From positions 133,151-197,150 of the forward strand of contig CAWCUS010000003.1 of the NCBI GenBank assembly GCA_963798845.1: a DNA stretch of 64,000 nucleotides, written 5' to 3'. Source of the DNA: an uncultured Gemmatimonadales bacterium. GTDB taxonomy: Bacteria; Gemmatimonadota; Gemmatimonadetes; Longimicrobiales; RSA9. The first letter of the stretch is position 1, and every line of letters starts with the position of its first letter. Positions 48,052-57,204 of this stretch are shown here, piece after piece. The notes under the pieces are model-generated. The model did no database searches. It was not told the DNA's origin and worked only from the letters and a program-made list of their open reading frames with translations. The position numbers were made by a program, and so were the translations under genes.

Positions 48052-50304
48052 TCAGATCGCGGTCCGGCGCAGCAGCTGCGCGTTCAGCGCCACGATCACA
48101 GTGCTCATCGACATGAGGATCGCGCCCACGGCCGGCGCGAGCACGATCCCCCACCCGTACAGCGCGCCCGCGGCGAGGGGGATGGCGACGATGTTGTAGC
48201 CGGCGGCCCACCACAGGTTCTGGATCATCTTCCGGTACGTCGCCCGGCTCAGCTTCACGATCCGGGACACGTCCCGGGGGTCGCTCCGCACGAGGACGAC
48301 GTCGCCGCTCTCCACCGCCACGTCCGTACCGGCGCCGATGGCGATCCCCACGTCCGCGGTCACGAGCGCCGGCGCATCGTTCACGCCGTCGCCCACCATG
48401 GCGACGCGCTTCCCCTGCGCCTGCAGCTCCTTCACCTTCTCCGCCTTCTGGTCCGGCAGGACCCCGGCGAAGACCGTGTCGATGCCCAGCTCCCTGGCCA
48501 CTGCATCCGCCACCGCCCGGGCATCCCCCGTGAGCATGACCACTTCGATGCCGGCGTCGTGCAGCGAATCCACGGCCTGGCGCGACTCCTCCCGCACCGC
48601 GTCCGCCACCGCGAACGCGGCCAGCGCCTCCCCGCCCTCCACGAGGTAGACCACCGCCTGGCCCCGCTCTGCCGCGTTCGCCTCGAACGCCCGCAGCGGC
48701 TCGGTCGGCTCCACGTCCAGGCTCCGGAGCAGCGCCGGCCCGCCCATGTGGAGCACCCGCCCCTCCACGGTGGCCTTCACGCCGCGCCCGGGGATGTTCT
48801 CGAATCCCTCCGACGACGGGACCGAAAGCTCCCGCTCACGGGCGCTCTGCACGATCCCGGCGGCGATGGTGTGCTCCGAGTCGCTCTCGACCGCCGCGGC
48901 CAGCCGGAGCACATCGTCGTCGCCCCGTCCGCCGGCGGTCTCGACGCCCACGACCCGGAACTCGCCCCGCGTCAGCGTGCCCGTCTTGTCGAAGATCACC
49001 GCGTCCAGCAGCCTCGCCTCCTCCAGCCCCCGCCGGTTCCGCACCAGCAGGCCGTTGCGCGCGCCCAGCGTGGTGGAGATGGCGATGACCAGCGGGATGG
49101 CCAGGCCGAGGGCGTGCGGACAGGCGATCACCAGCGTGGTCACCACGCGCTGGATGGCGAACTGCGCCGTCGCCCCGGCGATGAGCCACGCGGCGAGCGT
49201 CAGCACGCCCGCGCTCACGGCCACCACCGTGAGCCAGAACGCGGCCCGGTCCGCCAGCGCCTGGGCCCGGGAGCGGGAGTGCTGCGCCTCCTCCACCATG
49301 CGCATGATCCCGGCGAGGGCGGTGTGCTCACCGGTCCCCGTGACCTCCACCCGGAGAGACCCCTCGCCGTTCACCGTCCCCGCGATCACGCGGTCCCCCT
49401 CCCCCTTCCGCACCGGGCGCGACTCCCCCGTGATCATGGCCTCGTTCACCGCGCTCGCGCCCCGCACCACCGTACCGTCCGCCGGTACCCCGTCGCCCGG
49501 CCGGATGAGGACGACGTCGCCATCCCGCAGCGCGTCCAGCGGCACTTCCTCCGTCTCCTCTCCGCCCGCGCCGTTCGCGCCGCCCGCGCCGCCCGCCCCA
49601 CCTCCGCCCTTCACACGCAACGCCGTGGACGGCATCAGCTTCGCCAGCTCCTTCAGCGCGCCATGGGCCTGGCTGATCGAGCGCATCTCGATCCAGTGGC
49701 CCAGGAGCATGATGGTCACCAGCGTCGCCAGCTCCCACCACAGCGGCTGCCCCGAGAAGCCGAGCGTGACGGCCAGGCTGAAGCCGAACGCGACGAGGAT
49801 CGCCAGCGAGATCAGCGTCATCATCCCCGGGAGCCGGTCCTTCAGCTCCCGCACCGCCCCCCGGAGGAAGACCCGCCCGCCGTAGAGGAAGACGATGGTG
49901 CCGAAGACGGGCGGGATCCATTGCGAGCCGGGGAACGACGGGGCCGTGTACCCCAGCCAGTCCTGGAGCAGGTCGCCCCAGACCAGCGTGGGGAGCGTCA
50001 GGACCAGCGACCACCAGAAGCGGTCCCGGAACATCGCGACGCTGTGCCCCGCGTGCTTGTCGCGGCCGTCGTGCCCCTCGTGGCCCTCGTGACCATGGTG
50101 GCCCTCGTGACCATGGTGGCCCTCGTGACCCTCGTGGCCCTCGTGACCATGATGGCCCTCGTGACCATGGTGGCCCTCGTGACCGTCGCGACTCCCGTGG
50201 CGCTCGTGGGTCACGGCTTCGTGGGCCTCTTCGCCACCCTCCCGCTCGGGGTGCTCCGGGTATCCGGGTTCCGCCGGGGGTGCATCATGGTGGTCGGACG
50301 GCAT
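48052..50304 (-). CDS. copB: P1B-3 type copper-exporting ATPase
   Basis: His-rich N-terminus, TGES, IACPHALGLA, DKTGT, SEH, GDGVNDAP, YN, MSMST. Confidence 0.93.
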   Translation of the reverse strand: MPSDHHDAPPAEPGYPEHPEREGGEEAHEAVTHERHGSRDGHEGHHGHEGHHGHEGHEGHEGHHGHEGHHGHEGHEGHDGRDKHAGHSVAMFRDRFWWSLVLTLPTLVWGDLLQDWLGYTAPSFPGSQWIPPVFGTIVFLYGGRVFLRGAVRELKDRLPGMMTLISLAILVAFGFSLAVTLGFSGQPLWWELATLVTIMLLGHWIEMRSISQAHGALKELAKLMPSTALRVKGGGGAGGAGGANGAGGEETEEVPLDALRDGDVVLIRPGDGVPADGTVVRGASAVNEAMITGESRPVRKGEGDRVIAGTVNGEGSLRVEVTGTGEHTALAGIMRMVEEAQHSRSRAQALADRAAFWLTVVAVSAGVLTLAAWLIAGATAQFAIQRVVTTLVIACPHALGLAIPLVIAISTTLGARNGLLVRNRRGLEEARLLDAVIFDKTGTLTRGEFRVVGVETAGGRGDDDVLRLAAAVESDSEHTIAAGIVQSARERELSVPSSEGFENIPGRGVKATVEGRVLHMGGPALLRSLDVEPTEPLRAFEANAAERGQAVVYLVEGGEALAAFAVADAVREESRQAVDSLHDAGIEVVMLTGDARAVADAVARELGIDTVFAGVLPDQKAEKVKELQAQGKRVAMVGDGVNDAPALVTADVGIAIGAGTDVAVESGDVVLVRSDPRDVSRIVKLSRATYRKMIQNLWWAAGYNIVAIPLAAGALYGWGIVLAPAVGAILMSMSTVIVALNAQLLRRTAI
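50068..50187. repeat. 9/18-bp coding tandem repeat encoding (GHE/GHH)n
   Basis: GTGGCCCTCGTGACCATG units in the copB N-terminus. Confidence 0.9.
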
Positions 50305-50389
50305 GAGGCCTCCCGGTTGTCGATCACGGCGCTCAGTCTGTTCGGGCGGGGGCGGGAACGGCCGCGCGCAATTCGTGTACCTCGCCCGT

Positions 50390-50821
50390 TCAGTCCGTCC
50401 GCAGCTCGCGGGACGCCGCGCCGAGGAATTCCTTCACGGCCGCCAGCTCGCTGTCCGCCGGCGGGACCACTCCCGCCTGCCCGATGCGGAAGCGCATGAG
50501 GTCCACGGTTCCCAGCCATTCCCGGGGCGAGTGGGCCGCCGGGTCCGGGAGGACGTGGCAGGAGGCGCAGCGCATGGCGTAGGTGTGATAGCCGGGCAGC
50601 TCCTTCACACGGGCGAGCTCGCCTGGATCCGCCGCAGGCACCTGCTTCGGCTGGATGCTGACGCCGGCCTCGGAGCTGTTCTGCGCCCAGGCGCGGAGCC
50701 TGAGCGTGGTCATGGCGGTTTCGCGCGCGGCTTCCTCGCGGTCCGCGGCCGCGCGCCGGGCCACGATCAGCCCGGCGGCGGCCAGGACCAGGAGGAGCGG
50801 GACCCGGATCGTCGCCTTCAT
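50390..50821 (-). CDS. Small exported monoheme cytochrome c
   Basis: N-terminal hydrophobic helix, RCASCH.LPDP..H...EW...V..M. Confidence 0.8.
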   Translation of the reverse strand: MKATIRVPLLLVLAAAGLIVARRAAADREEAARETAMTTLRLRAWAQNSSEAGVSIQPKQVPAADPGELARVKELPGYHTYAMRCASCHVLPDPAAHSPREWLGTVDLMRFRIGQAGVVPPADSELAAVKEFLGAASRELRTD

Positions 50822-50835
50822 CCGCCGCGCTCGGC

Positions 50836-51294
50836 TCAGGTGCTGTAGAGATGGTCGATGGCGCTGCGGATCTGATCCAGCGACCTGCCCTCCCTGTGCA
50901 TCCGATAGACCATGTCGCCCTCGGACAGGCAGATGTCACACTGCGACGCGTGGTCATTGCGGAAGCAGTCCAGGAGCGAGTAGTGGCCCGAGTGCTCCTC
51001 GCAGTTGCAGTAGCAATACACGCCGTCCACCATCTCCGGGACCCGCGCCACCTCGGCGTAGATCTGGGCCACCCGCGGATACGCCGCGTACTGCGCCGCC
51101 GGCGCCGTGTGGCTGCGCATGGCCATCGGTCGAGGCTCCGGGTGGTGGCCGCTCGGGCCGCCGAGGTGCAGCGTCGGCAGGATCAGCAGCGCCAGCAATG
51201 CCGCCGCACCTCCGAACCAGACCAGGCCCGAGTCCTTCCAGCTCAGCTTGCGTTTCACTCTCGCCGCCGGGCTCCGACTGCCCCCTCTGCCCAT
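50836..51294 (-). CDS. PCYCGC-motif-like membrane-anchored protein
   Basis: YCYCNC...GHYSLLDCF...HASQCDIC, IR.AID..Y; GGAGG RBS. Confidence 0.82.
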   Translation of the reverse strand: MGRGGSRSPAARVKRKLSWKDSGLVWFGGAAALLALLILPTLHLGGPSGHHPEPRPMAMRSHTAPAAQYAAYPRVAQIYAEVARVPEMVDGVYCYCNCEEHSGHYSLLDCFRNDHASQCDICLSEGDMVYRMHREGRSLDQIRSAIDHLYST

Positions 51295-51369
51295 TTCCGC
51301 CTCCATGGCGTGTGTTTCGGCTCCGCCGACGCTCTCCGGGCCGGCGCACACAGCCTAGCGAACGTGGCA

Positions 51370-51405
51370 TGAGGGATTCGTGAAAGAACCATGAAGACGT
51401 GTTCA
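51370..51405 (-). promoter_or_regulatory. Putative operator, copy 2 of copper-island motif
   Basis: Minus strand TGAAC-acgt-CTTCA-n6-TTTCA-n6-CCTCA. Confidence 0.65.
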
Positions 51406-51506
51406 TCTTCCCCGCTTCCCCGCGCGAAGCCGTATCTTCCCCCGTGTGCGAGTCGGCAGCGAAGGCAAGTCGGCACGGGTTAGCACCGCCACATCGGAGG
51501 GCGAGG

Positions 51507-52190
51507 ATGCGGATCCTGGTGGTGGAGGACGACAGGAAGGTGGCCAGCTTCCTGGAGAAGGGCCTGCGGGAGGAGGGCTACGCCGTCGACGTGGCGTACG
51601 ACGGCGAAGACGGGAGCCTCAAGGCGAACGTGTACGAGTACGACCTGGCCGTCCTGGACGTCATGCTCCCGGGGAAGACCGGGCTCGAGATCGTCCGGGA
51701 CCTGCGCCGGTCCGAAAGACCGGTGCCCGTCCTGCTGCTCACCGCGCGGGACTCCAAGGACGACATCGTGCGGGGGCTGGACGCCGGCGCGGATGACTAC
51801 CTGACCAAGCCGTTCAGCTTCGACGAGCTCCTCGCCCGCGTGCGCGCGCTGCTGCGCCGGGGCGGCGCGGCCAGGCAGGAGCGGCTGATCTATCAGGACA
51901 TGGAGCTGGACCGGCTGAAGCACACGGCGTTCCGCGCCGGCCAGGAGCTGGACCTCACGCCCAAGGAGTTCCAGCTCCTGGAGTACTTCCTGCTCCGGCC
52001 GGAGGAGGTGATCCGCCGCACGGAGCTGCTGGAGAAGGTGTGGGACCTCCATTTCGACCCCATGAGCAACGTGGTGGACGTGCACGTGGGCAACCTGCGG
52101 AAGAAGCTTCGCGGGCTGGGCGACCCCCTCATCCACACGATCCGGGGCGTCGGTTACATCCTCGAGGCCGGTCGACCGGACGAGGAGTGA
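51507..52190 (+). CDS. OmpR-family heavy-metal response regulator (CusR/CzcR-like)
   Basis: LDVMLPG, LTARD, GADDYLTKPF, VWD.HFD..SNVVDV, IHTIRGVGY. Confidence 0.92.
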   Translation: MRILVVEDDRKVASFLEKGLREEGYAVDVAYDGEDGSLKANVYEYDLAVLDVMLPGKTGLEIVRDLRRSERPVPVLLLTARDSKDDIVRGLDAGADDYLTKPFSFDELLARVRALLRRGGAARQERLIYQDMELDRLKHTAFRAGQELDLTPKEFQLLEYFLLRPEEVIRRTELLEKVWDLHFDPMSNVVDVHVGNLRKKLRGLGDPLIHTIRGVGYILEAGRPDEE

Positions 52191-53599
52191 TGCGGTCCCT
52201 GCGCCTGAGCCTCGCGATCCGGGCCGCGCTCGCCATGACGGCCGCCCTCGCGGTCATGTCGCTGGCCGTCTACCTGGCCATGCGCCAGTTCCTCGACCGG
52301 GAGCTGAACGCCAACCTCATCAACGTGGCCTCCATCCAGGCCGCGTCCGTCACTGCGGATTCCAGCGGCCTCATGCGATTCCACGAGTGGGAGCTCACGC
52401 CCGAGGAGGCCACGCAGATCCGCGAGCTCAACCGCTTCGCACAGGTCTGGAACGCCAGCGGACGAAGCCTGCTCCGCAGCCAGTTCGTCACCGAGGACCT
52501 GCCGCTCGACACGGCCGCGCTCCACCGCGCCTCCGCCGGCAACCTGGTGGTCGTGGAGCAGCGCTACATGGGCATGCCCATCCGCTCCCTCTACTACCCC
52601 CTCGAGCGACTCGGGATGCTTCACGCCCACCACGTGCTCCAGGTCGCCGCCCCGCTCGAAGGGCGCAACGACGTCCTCGCCTGGCTCGGCCGCTTCCTCG
52701 CCGCGGTCACCGCCTTCGTGGGGCTCGCCACCTTCGCCGGCGGGTGGTGGCTCGCACGACGCATGGTCAAGCCGGTCAACGAGATCATCGACCAGGCTGA
52801 ATCCATGGAGGCTCGCACCCTCTCCCGCCGCATCGACGCCCACGCCGACTCCCGGGAGTACGAGCGCCTCGTGCGCGTCCTCAACACCATGCTCGCCCGC
52901 CTCGATCATGCGTTCGACGCCCAGCGCCGCTTCACCGCCGACGCCAGCCACGAGCTGCGCAGCCCGCTGACCGCGCTGCGCGGCGAGATCGAGATCGCCC
53001 TCCGTCGCCCCCGCGACGACCAGGAGTACCGGCGCGTCCTGGCCAGCAATCTCCAGGAAGTGGAGCGCCTCTCCCGGCTCGCCGAAGACCTCCTCACCCT
53101 CGCCCGCTCCGACGCCGGCGTCATGCAGCCGCGGCTCCAGCGCACCGACGCCCGCGAGCGCGCCCGGCGCGTGCTCGACCGGCTCCAGGGGAACGCTGCG
53201 GCGAAGGACGTCGCCCTCGAGCTGCGAGCCGATGGCGACACCGAGGGGATCTTCGACTCCGGCCTCCTCGACCAGCTCCTCTGGAACCTCGTCGACAACG
53301 CGATCAAGTTCACGCCGCCGCAGGGACACGTCCGCGTGGCCGTCGTCGGCGACGACCCTGCGGTCGAGATCCGCGTGGCCGATACCGGCCCCGGCATCCC
53401 CACCCAAGACGTCGACCGCATCTTCGAGCGCTTCTACCGAGCCGACATTCCCCGCACGCCCCGCGACGACCCCGCCAGCACCGGCCTCGGGCTCTCCATC
53501 GTCCGCGCCATCGCCGACGTCCACAACGGCAAAGTGAGCGTCCGCAACTCCCCCGGCGGTGGCGCCGAGTTCGTGGTGCGGCTGCCGCGCGTGGGGTAG
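52190..53599 (+). CDS. Heavy-metal sensor histidine kinase (CusS-like)
   Basis: 2 TM, His/Met in sensor region, HAMP, FTADASHELRSP, NLVDNA, DTGPG, GLGL. Confidence 0.9.
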   Translation: MRSLRLSLAIRAALAMTAALAVMSLAVYLAMRQFLDRELNANLINVASIQAASVTADSSGLMRFHEWELTPEEATQIRELNRFAQVWNASGRSLLRSQFVTEDLPLDTAALHRASAGNLVVVEQRYMGMPIRSLYYPLERLGMLHAHHVLQVAAPLEGRNDVLAWLGRFLAAVTAFVGLATFAGGWWLARRMVKPVNEIIDQAESMEARTLSRRIDAHADSREYERLVRVLNTMLARLDHAFDAQRRFTADASHELRSPLTALRGEIEIALRRPRDDQEYRRVLASNLQEVERLSRLAEDLLTLARSDAGVMQPRLQRTDARERARRVLDRLQGNAAAKDVALELRADGDTEGIFDSGLLDQLLWNLVDNAIKFTPPQGHVRVAVVGDDPAVEIRVADTGPGIPTQDVDRIFERFYRADIPRTPRDDPASTGLGLSIVRAIADVHNGKVSVRNSPGGGAEFVVRLPRVG

Positions 53600-53663
53600 G
53601 GCCAGGCTCCAGAATCCACATTCCTGCCGCTCGCGGCGGTGCCGGTCGCGCCGGTAGCCGCCG

Positions 53664-54110
53664 TTACGGCAGAGGCCGCACGAAGGAGAAGCCCGGCTCC
53701 ACGCGGGCGATCAGCGAGAAGTCCACCTCGTTCCACGTCACGATCGTGAAGCCCTCGTCCCGCGACGACGCCGCCAGCAGGCAGTCGTTGAAGAAGCTGT
53801 TGCCAATGCCGCCCCGCGTGATGTGGCCGGCGGAGAGCAGCCGAGGGATCACCCGCGCCGCTCGCGCCCACGCGCCCGCCGTGGGCGTGATCAACCGGCC
53901 CAGCCGTGCCAATGGGGCCACCCACCGCTCCCGCCACCGCTCGTACGCGGACTCATCAGGCGCACCCATGAGCAGCTCGGCCGCCACCACCGCGTGCTGG
54001 TAGATGTGCGGCGCCATCCTCCGCTGCCACGCCGACAGCTCCCGGCGGCTCGCTTCGTCCCGGATCGCCCGGATCAGGACGTTCGTGTCCAGGACGTAGC
54101 GCGCCATCAC
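53664..54110 (-). CDS. vapC: PIN-domain toxin (VapC)
   Basis: VLDTNVLI, V.AEL, DCLLAA, VTWN..DF. Confidence 0.88.
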   Translation of the reverse strand: MMARYVLDTNVLIRAIRDEASRRELSAWQRRMAPHIYQHAVVAAELLMGAPDESAYERWRERWVAPLARLGRLITPTAGAWARAARVIPRLLSAGHITRGGIGNSFFNDCLLAASSRDEGFTIVTWNEVDFSLIARVEPGFSFVRPLP

Positions 54111-54412
54111 TCCTCCGCCGGCGCCTCCGGAATCTCCTTCCCGATGCCCAGCATATCCACGTACTCCTCACCCGCCATCGCTTCCGTCCCCAGCGCCAGC
54201 GCCTCACCGTAGATCAACGCGTCCAGCGCCGCGTCCAGTGCCTCGGTCTCCGTGCTCACGTCCAGGATCCTCTTCGCCAGATCCAGCTTCCACTGGTACA
54301 GGTAGTGGTTCTTCCGCACACGATCCGCCCCGAACCCCGCCCTCAGGCCGTACGCCGCCGCGACCTCCCGCACCCCACCGGGCGCGGCTCCGGAACCCTT
54401 CTTCCTTGCCAT
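54107..54412 (-). CDS. Putative VapB-type antitoxin
   Basis: Overlaps vapC start; RKN..L...KL..AK.IL...TETEA...AL; acidic C-terminus. Confidence 0.75.
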   Translation of the reverse strand: MARKKGSGAAPGGVREVAAAYGLRAGFGADRVRKNHYLYQWKLDLAKRILDVSTETEALDAALDALIYGEALALGTEAMAGEEYVDMLGIGKEIPEAPAEE

Positions 54413-54427
54413 GCTTATCCCTCCTTC

Positions 54428-54465
54428 TTACGTACGAGTATGCGGTTCTGTACGTAAATCGTCAA
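54428..54465 (-). promoter_or_regulatory. Sigma70 promoter and inverted-repeat operator of vapBC
   Basis: Minus strand TTGACG-N17-CATACT; TTACGTAC-N14-GTACGTAA flanks the -10 element. Confidence 0.75.
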
Positions 54466-54489
54466 GCCCGTCCCGCCCGCGCCGCTCCG

Positions 54490-54525
54490 TGAAGCCTTCT
54501 TCATGGTCGCTTCACCCTCCCTTCA
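54490..54525 (+). promoter_or_regulatory. Putative operator, copy 3 of copper-island motif
   Basis: TGAAG-cctt-CTTCA-n6-CTTCA-n6-CTTCA, about 60 bp upstream of the TolC-family gene. Confidence 0.7.
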
Positions 54526-54586
54526 CCACGGCGGTGCCAGGTTCCCGGAACTTCAATGCAGTGACCTGGCGGGAGGCTGTAGAGGC

Positions 54587-55936
54587 ATGAGCGGACGATG
54601 GAGGCGGCGGGTGCTGACCGCGGCGATGGCCGGCACAATCGCGGGGCCGGGTGTCGCGGAGCGGCCGGCGGCGGCGCAGGAGGCCGGGTGGGCGGCGGCG
54701 GAGCGGTCGGCCCAGGCGGGCGCACTGACGCTCGCCGGCGTGTATGCGCTGGCGCGTGAGCGGAACCCGATTCTGCGGGCCGCGTCGGCGCTTGCGGACG
54801 CCACGGCGACGCGGGAGTCCTCGGCGGGGCTGCCGCCGGACCCGATGCTCCAGGTGGGCGTGATGAACTTCTCGCTACCCGGGTTCGGGCTGGACATGCC
54901 GACGAGCATGGCGCCGAGCGTCCAGGCAATGCAGATGCTGCCGTTCCCCGGGAAGCTGGGCTTGAGCTCCAGGATCGCGGAGCAGAGCACGGCCATGGTG
55001 CGCGCCGGTGCGGAGGAGAAGTGGTGGGAGGTCCGCTCCATGGCGGCCACCGCGTTCTACGCGATCTACGAGACCGACCAGAAGCTCGCGGTGATGCGGG
55101 AGACGCTGGGGCTGCTGGAGGGTTTTCAGCAAGTGGCGCAGGCAATGTACGGCGCCGGGACCGGTCGGCAGAGCGACGTGCTGCGGGCGAACGTGGAGGT
55201 CGCCCGGATGGACGCGGAAATCCAGCGCATGGTGGCCATGCGTAAGGTCGCGGCCGCGAAGCTGAACGCCGTGCTGGACCGCCCGGCGGACACGCCCGTG
55301 CCGGCGGCCGTGCTCCCCTCCCTTCCCGACACCACGCCCGGGCAGGCGACGCTGCGCGGCTGGGCCGAGCAGACCCGGCCCGCGCTGCAGCGCTCCAGGA
55401 CGGGGGTGGAGCAGGCGGGCACGCGCGAGGACCTGGCCAGGAAACAGATCTGGCCGGACTTCACGGTGGGCGTGCAGTACGGTCAACGCAACGGGATCGA
55501 CGGCACGGCCCGGATGGGGAGCGCCATGATCGGCTTCAGCATCCCCGTGTTCGCGAAGAGCCGGCAGCTGCGCATGCGGGATGAGGCCGCGGCCATGGAG
55601 GCGATGGCGCAGGCGGAGCTGACGAACACGCGGGCGCAGGTGGACGCGCGCATCGGGGAGCTGCTGGCGGAACTGGACCGTGCCAGGACGCTGGTGGCCC
55701 TGTACCGCTCCGAAGTCCTTCCCGAGGCGGACGCCAACGTCGAATCCGCCTTCTCATCCTACCGCGTAGGGGCGGTGGACTTCATGACGCTGGTGGACGC
55801 GCAGATGACCGTGAACCGCTACAAGCAGGAGCTGTACACGATGGTGGCCGACTATGGCCGCGCCGTAGCGAGCCTGGAGACGACGGTGGGGCGGGCGCTG
55901 CCCGCCGCCGCCAACCTGATGGCGGAGGCCCGATGA
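54587..55936 (+). CDS. TolC-family outer membrane factor (CusC role)
   Basis: A..RNP.L, LPPDP, QMLPFPGKL, Y..G..DF..L.DA; Met-rich. Confidence 0.9.
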   Translation: MSGRWRRRVLTAAMAGTIAGPGVAERPAAAQEAGWAAAERSAQAGALTLAGVYALARERNPILRAASALADATATRESSAGLPPDPMLQVGVMNFSLPGFGLDMPTSMAPSVQAMQMLPFPGKLGLSSRIAEQSTAMVRAGAEEKWWEVRSMAATAFYAIYETDQKLAVMRETLGLLEGFQQVAQAMYGAGTGRQSDVLRANVEVARMDAEIQRMVAMRKVAAAKLNAVLDRPADTPVPAAVLPSLPDTTPGQATLRGWAEQTRPALQRSRTGVEQAGTREDLARKQIWPDFTVGVQYGQRNGIDGTARMGSAMIGFSIPVFAKSRQLRMRDEAAAMEAMAQAELTNTRAQVDARIGELLAELDRARTLVALYRSEVLPEADANVESAFSSYRVGAVDFMTLVDAQMTVNRYKQELYTMVADYGRAVASLETTVGRALPAAANLMAEAR

Positions 55937-57189
55937 GCACGAAGAAGCAGGTCCTGTACTCGATTCTCGTCCTCGCCCTGGCCGCCGGGCTGGTGGGCTT
56001 CTACCGCGTCCGCTCCGCGCCCCCGGAGCAGGCGGGCGGGATGAAGGGACACGACCACGCGGCCATGGCGGGCGGGGGAGGCGAGAGGAGCCAGCTGAAC
56101 CCCGTGAAGGTGACGGCCACGGCGGCCAGGACCATCGGCGTGACGTACGCCCCCGTGACCCGCAGGCCCCTGGCCAGCGAGGTGCGGACGGTGGGCACCG
56201 TCCAGTACGACGAGACCCGTCTCGCCAACCTGAGCCCCAAGATCGAGGGGTGGGTGGAGAAGCTGAACGTCGACTTCACCGGCGCGCCCGTGCGGAAGGG
56301 GGAGGCGATGCTCGAGGTCTACAGCCCCGTGCTGGTCGCCGCGCAGGAGGAGCTGATACTGGCGCGGAAGCTGGCCGACGGTGCGACGGACGGACGGGCG
56401 AAGCGGAACGCGGACGACCTCCTCGCCTCCGCCCGCCGTCGCCTGGCGTACTGGGACATCCCCGCGAGCGAGATCGCGGCCGTCGAAAAGTCGGGCGAGG
56501 CCCGGAAGACGCTGACGCTACGGGCGCCCGCCAGTGGGATCGTCGTCGAGAAGAACGTGGTGGAAGGTGCGCGCATCATGCCCGGCATGGAGGTGTTCAG
56601 GATCGCAGACCTGTCCCGCGTGTGGGTGGAGGGTGAGGTGTTCGAGAAGGACCTGTCGCTGGCGACGAAGGGCCAGCCGGCCACGGTGACCTTCCAGTCC
56701 TATCCCGGGGAGGCCTTCCAGGGCACCGTCACGTACGTCTACCCGTCCGTCTCCATGGAGTCGCGGACCGGGCGCGTGCGCGTGGAGCTGGCCAACCCGG
56801 ACCTGAGACTGCGTCCCGGCATGTACGCCGAGATCCGGCTCCAGGTGGCCTCGCCCCGAGTGGCGCTCACCGTTCCCCGCGCGGCCGTACTCTTCACGGG
56901 CGAGCGGGCGGTGGTCTTCGTACGGCACCCGGACGGCACGCTCATGCCGCAGGACGTGGTCACCGGCCTCGTGGCAGGGAACGACATCGAGATCGTGAGC
57001 GGCCTCGAGGAGGGCCAGCAGGTAGTCACATCCGCCAGCTTCCTGATCGACGCCGAATCGAACCTGGGCGCCTCCATGGGCAGCATGCCGGGCATGGACA
57101 TGGGCGCGCCGGGCGCCGAGGACGACGCCGCCCCCGCCATGGACATGAGCGGTAGCGCAGATCAGAGCGGCCACACGGGCCACGAGTAG
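55933..57189 (+). CDS. cusB: RND periplasmic adaptor (CusB-like)
   Basis: GWVEKL.V..TG..V.KG, YSP.L..AQEE, LRPGMY, FLIDAES, Met/His-rich termini. Confidence 0.9.
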   Translation: MSTKKQVLYSILVLALAAGLVGFYRVRSAPPEQAGGMKGHDHAAMAGGGGERSQLNPVKVTATAARTIGVTYAPVTRRPLASEVRTVGTVQYDETRLANLSPKIEGWVEKLNVDFTGAPVRKGEAMLEVYSPVLVAAQEELILARKLADGATDGRAKRNADDLLASARRRLAYWDIPASEIAAVEKSGEARKTLTLRAPASGIVVEKNVVEGARIMPGMEVFRIADLSRVWVEGEVFEKDLSLATKGQPATVTFQSYPGEAFQGTVTYVYPSVSMESRTGRVRVELANPDLRLRPGMYAEIRLQVASPRVALTVPRAAVLFTGERAVVFVRHPDGTLMPQDVVTGLVAGNDIEIVSGLEEGQQVVTSASFLIDAESNLGASMGSMPGMDMGAPGAEDDAAPAMDMSGSADQSGHTGHE

Positions 57190-57204
57190 AGAGCCGGAAG
57201 AGCG

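Noticed and set aside
47759..50187. Tandem repeats as a CRISPR array
   Set aside because: Short in-frame coding repeats with no spacers and no cas genes.
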